From Folioceros fuciformis (lineage: Eukaryota): a stretch of DNA of 20,000 nt. The notes beneath the pieces were generated by a model. The model was given only the letters and a program-made list of their open reading frames with translations. It made no database searches and was not told the origin of the DNA. The position numbers and the translations under genes were made by a program. Location of the stretch: positions 45,980-65,979 of the forward strand of contig JBNGIO010006289.1 of the NCBI GenBank assembly GCA_049999805.1. Direction: 5' to 3'. This document shows positions 17,301 through 20,000 of the stretch, one piece after another; the first letter of the stretch is position 1; each line of letters starts with the position of its first letter.

Positions 17301-20000
17301 GCTCTCCTCAATGACTACAACGCAGAGCTCAAGGCTGGCCTAGTGGTCCAACCCCGGACGGCTGGCGGTCTGGACTCCAGCTCCAGCAGCTTCAGCCGGC
17401 TGGACCTCATGCTGCCTCTGGATGAATTCGAGTCAGAAGCCGACCGCACCGTGACCAAGAAGGTTGTGAAGCCGTACCTGGTTGACGGGAGGTCCAGCAA
17501 GAGCTCTCCCGCTCGGGTGGCCTCCGATACCTACCAGACTAGCACGCCTCCCAGCGCCAAGTCCAATGGTACCGCGGCCTCCGGAGGGAGCGCTGCCCGT
17601 AGGAACGGACCAAGAGCTGTTGCAAGCAGGTACAGGAATGTGGATTACTCGCCCAAGGTGAGCAAGCTGGGACAGTCTGTTGATGGGCCGGACATTAGAG
17701 GGCCGTGGAACAGAGGATCGGGCTCCCAGACTGCTCGGCGATCGCTTGATTTGCAGTTCAAGGCTCAGATGTCGGATCCTTACTACAGCAAGCCGAGGAA
17801 CGGCAGATCTGGGGCTGCTCACCACTCCAACGGGAGTAACGGAGGTTGGTCTTCTTCTTCACGGACGGATCGGGGGCAACCGAAAAGGGGAAGAGCTAGG
17901 TCACCTGGGCCCAATTCGCTCTCCAGAGACGCTGGTCAAGTTGGTAGGAAGCCAGGCCCTGTTCGGGAGGATTCTAACCTGATGGCCTTGCAGGCACGTG
18001 CACAGTCTGAAGCTGCTGGGGCAAACGGGAAGCACAAATCGAGGATGGTGGCACCTGCCACGGAGGGGAGGTTGATGCATGAGCATAACAAGATCCAAAA
18101 GGACAGTTTTCAAGAGAAGCATCGACTCTCCCGGCCTGAGTACATCGATGAGTGCAACGACATAATTCCGGTATGGGTGGACACGGGTAGCGTACAGCAC
18201 AAGCCGAAAGCGGCAGCGCCGAGAGCGTCAGCCACTTCCACCGCTGCCACTCGGTTGAGAAATTCGGGCCTCCGACCACGGGAGAACCTCAGCTACAATG
18301 GGGAAGCATTAAGGGCTGCGGCGAGGCCGAAGGATCGGAGAAATTTCTCGGGGCCTCTGGTTGCTGGTAGGATAGAGAGCGGACTGGAGCTGTCGGATGA
18401 AGAGCTGCAGGAGAGTGAGGGGGAGCAGCAGTGGCCGCGATCTGGGCCCGTCATCCCGGCATCCGTGCTGAGGCAGATTTACGATGACAGGGAGATATCG
18501 GAAGATCAAGAGCTGGTGGTTGACCGGTCTAGTTTCTCTGGGGTGCTTCGGGATCGAGGTCCCCGGGACAGTCCGACAGAGGTAGGCGGGTTGTACTTCT
18601 CAGGGCCCCTCATCTCCGAAACCATAAGGAAGAGCAAGATTACGCACTCAGGACAGTCGAGCACAGGTTCGGAGCACTTTTTCGACATGCTGCCCAAGGG
18701 GAAGATGAGTCGATCGGCATCCATCAGGATGAGGGAAGCAGAGAACTCAGACAGCGGTGATAACCCGGACCAGGTGATGCACGAGCATGAGTACTTAATC
18801 CAAGACCATGACCAGCTGTATGAGTACCTGGATCAGTACTCCGATCAGAACACGTTCTTGGACCAGTACATTGCTGATCAGCTGCAGGAGCTGGCTCTGC
18901 AGCAGGACCTTCATGACATTCTCAGTGATCAGCTGGAGAAGGCCCAGGCGGTAGCAGCAGCTCGTGCTGCTGCTTCTGCATCCGGTCCAAGTGACATCTC
19001 TCTTGATTCCAAGAGTGGTCGTGAATTGGACTGGGGCTCCCAAGAGGGAGAAGCAGCCAGGGAGCCAGAGCGGGAATTGGCGGTGGATGACGGTGATCAG
19101 AGGCCACGGACGTTCGACTCAGACTGTGGAAATGAAAGCCCAATACTGGAGCACTCACGAGATGCATCCCCGCATCAGATTTTGCAGTCCCCGAACGAGA
19201 ACCCGATTTCTACCTCACCCGACATTATCATCCAGCAATCGGCAGAGGACGAGCAGGAGAACTTCCCAGATGGTTTTCAGCAGATAGTGCAGGAATACGA
19301 GCCTTTGCCACCTTCTGACCAGCAGGTTCCTGAAGACCAGCAGAGGAGCCAAAGTAGCGTGCCACTGAGCAGAGCAAGTCTGCTAGAAGCTGTCGAGAAT
19401 GACCTCAACGGCTCGCCTGGCCGAGGGGGAGCATCCTCGAGCTTTTGGTACAAGTTGCGGTCGCCTAGCTCCAAATCCATGGGAGCCTCGTCTCTGCCGG
19501 ACACGCATCAGGACCTGGACATGAGAGTCGGGAGCTCACAAAGATCCACAGTAAGCTCCAGGGCCAAGTCCAAGCTCTACAGCAGCTCGGATTCTCCTAG
19601 AGGCGGGTATGACAGCGACCGTAACGGAGCCGACCTGTCGGGCATCAGATCCCGGTTCAGATCAAGTCGAGACTTCTTGAACTCCTCCGTGCAATCTGAA
19701 CCAGGTGGCATGAGAGCCTTGTTAGCGAAGAGCAGGGGAATGATCTCAGCCAACTCAAGTCCAGCACCCGGCGGGATGTCCTACCGTTGGCGGGCAGGTC
19801 GCAGCGAGGCTGGCGCCGGTGGGGAAACGTCCTCCACCCCCAGTCGCTCGGCTCCCCGATCCAAGCGTTTATCCAGCCCGGCCCGAGTTCCCGTCCCAGT
19901 CTCAGTCTCAGTCCCTGCAACCCCTCCCAAGTCTGCAACCCCTACCAAGTCTGCAACCTCTCCCAAGTCTGCAACCCCATTCCCATCTACAACCCCTCCC
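14325..20000 (+). CDS. Very large (>=1892 aa, 3'-truncated by the window) Ser/Gly/Lys/Glu/Pro-rich protein of unknown function, predicted largely disordered, in one uninterrupted frame
   Basis: GCCATGG Kozak-context ATG at 14325, with an upstream in-frame stop at 14298. Sections I translated (MEDAGSKGARAGHRG..., ...PARKSVSDMPARKS..., ...DLMERFEELHHKLKIDLDPK..., ...DQLYEYLDQYSDQ..., ...ATPPKSATPTKS) are all in the same frame without stops. The ORF track lists no stop-terminated ORF in this frame, consistent with run-off at the window edge. Long antisense ORFs (e.g. 14603-15946) look like shadows of this frame. Confidence 0.88.
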   Translation, partial: MEDAGSKGARAGHRGSSTTKAALSPSNYASGDEDGKELGYVSGGSSNWYGKLKGMSSSLKKLTLSKKKQPSATQGSQSLARAISFSNTSKSVDHGRPSSSSKKELAATNLKGLGSNSVDLSCGIARVPSAGAVPLPKRRNRSLEVSRDQVARAEDAAPAFSKSKIPIVKSNFVKESKEKKEDLDDPTFGIHMYQRLATASDSDGDVTAGTLNPASKSGEYESSLANLMLMEQLGCDSLLPDFSPQKDEQNSKSKPAGAEVKRHNVIVSEPAKEIPAAGLGGKKEGLTGSAQKPSKEDKTGGSGWPLRRITGSGPLLSNGRKKVAGNEKKATEIANSGIKGKGGPGKSMSGELFTLKAAKKASADPVVPARKSVSDMPARKSASKDGPNASNKKPQPDASAGKRPGSGLLADAPRKHPVATVTKKAAPVSDSPGPGRKSTDLGLRNAGPGRKSVSNKLGGSALSGQGEVIRQVGDSASGQAEKKKIAGSNEDPGSMLEFLKGSVDFSAPYIPGAVVSEREKVDSSAGLLHPDSLFDSSGSPTSILTGSGAGESLIAAYGESVEPEEGFGVGEDEDDENGRSPPSVSEIRILGISRELDGKGGGSLEQTAFTPQSPKKSVQDLIRELERNAAQAAPAGPARAQKGASIPVKERAGTVNASEAQPRAVEDGAGFGQNGDDGSVVVEEKLAVSDSHHQGQSVLPTLAGDTGGDVNNRVAGARFESDSITTETSKDALKVDLMERFEELHHKLKIDLDPKVVKDIHRTFNFGLVQAAAAASTGESGSSWSKPAQGNSADGNRRKKLVAPPKALAAAAHGKKIMEGIAGLSIAKSAAVAPAPEVAIGEVASSSVDMDKSSSSGSSNPIFRETLPAAVEDCESEKDELPVPAIDPVLPVQPPEQPRSSVESTMDVRVLSSTASTKMLTSRNMHKVAALLKERGDRRAAPRPDPGDEASSEADSARFQDLPRSSIESEVKALSSTSSNKILTAKNFQRVAALLNDYNAELKAGLVVQPRTAGGLDSSSSSFSRLDLMLPLDEFESEADRTVTKKVVKPYLVDGRSSKSSPARVASDTYQTSTPPSAKSNGTAASGGSAARRNGPRAVASRYRNVDYSPKVSKLGQSVDGPDIRGPWNRGSGSQTARRSLDLQFKAQMSDPYYSKPRNGRSGAAHHSNGSNGGWSSSSRTDRGQPKRGRARSPGPNSLSRDAGQVGRKPGPVREDSNLMALQARAQSEAAGANGKHKSRMVAPATEGRLMHEHNKIQKDSFQEKHRLSRPEYIDECNDIIPVWVDTGSVQHKPKAAAPRASATSTAATRLRNSGLRPRENLSYNGEALRAAARPKDRRNFSGPLVAGRIESGLELSDEELQESEGEQQWPRSGPVIPASVLRQIYDDREISEDQELVVDRSSFSGVLRDRGPRDSPTEVGGLYFSGPLISETIRKSKITHSGQSSTGSEHFFDMLPKGKMSRSASIRMREAENSDSGDNPDQVMHEHEYLIQDHDQLYEYLDQYSDQNTFLDQYIADQLQELALQQDLHDILSDQLEKAQAVAAARAAASASGPSDISLDSKSGRELDWGSQEGEAAREPERELAVDDGDQRPRTFDSDCGNESPILEHSRDASPHQILQSPNENPISTSPDIIIQQSAEDEQENFPDGFQQIVQEYEPLPPSDQQVPEDQQRSQSSVPLSRASLLEAVENDLNGSPGRGGASSSFWYKLRSPSSKSMGASSLPDTHQDLDMRVGSSQRSTVSSRAKSKLYSSSDSPRGGYDSDRNGADLSGIRSRFRSSRDFLNSSVQSEPGGMRALLAKSRGMISANSSPAPGGMSYRWRAGRSEAGAGGETSSTPSRSAPRSKRLSSPARVPVPVSVSVPATPPKSATPTKSATSPKSATPFPSTTPP
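17016..17315 (+). repeat. Duplicated ~36-aa protein module in the giant ORF
   Basis: 17016-17126 encodes PRSSVESTMDVRVLSSTASTKMLTSRNMHKVAALLKE and 17211-17315 encodes PRSSIESEVKALSSTSSNKILTAKNFQRVAALLND. Confidence 0.85.
19917..20000 (+). repeat. Coding 18-bp tandem repeat (ATPPKS-like hexapeptide) running to the window edge
   Basis: GCAACCCCTCCCAAGTCT / GCAACCCCTACCAAGTCT / GCAACCTCTCCCAAGTCT / GCAACCCCATTCCCATCT / ACAACCCCTCCC encode ATPPKS ATPTKS ATSPKS ATPFPS TTPP. Confidence 0.9.

Overview
Compact, gene-dense eukaryotic nuclear DNA. The gene families and short GT-AG introns (mostly 70-160 nt) suggest a land plant, possibly a bryophyte such as a hornwort; that assignment is inference only. 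Left to right: (1) the last 14 exons of the RNA polymerase I second-largest subunit gene (NRPA2/RPA135, +, 41-3636); (2) right behind it, an intronless F-box gene (+, 3873-5642) with an N-terminal CxxC-x21-CxxC motif and a ~130-aa acidic, repeat-derived insertion; (3) a 10-N gap flanked by a duplicated 47-nt hairpin, then two different CTAG-rich minisatellite arrays (~48-bp and ~45-bp units); (4) a complete 14-exon ERD6-like sugar transporter gene (-, 10412-7351, 493 aa); (5) a ~3.9-kb divergent intergenic region with a (TA)n tract, an AT-rich island and weak cryptic splice signals; (6) an uninterrupted + strand ORF from 14325 to beyond the window end (>=1892 codons). The supplied ORF track misses this ORF because it has no stop in the window. 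It encodes a low-complexity, probably disordered protein with an SKIP motif, RKS repeats, a duplicated ~36-aa module and an 18-bp [S/T]PxK repeat. No CRISPR array, tRNA, rRNA or recognisable transposase was seen.
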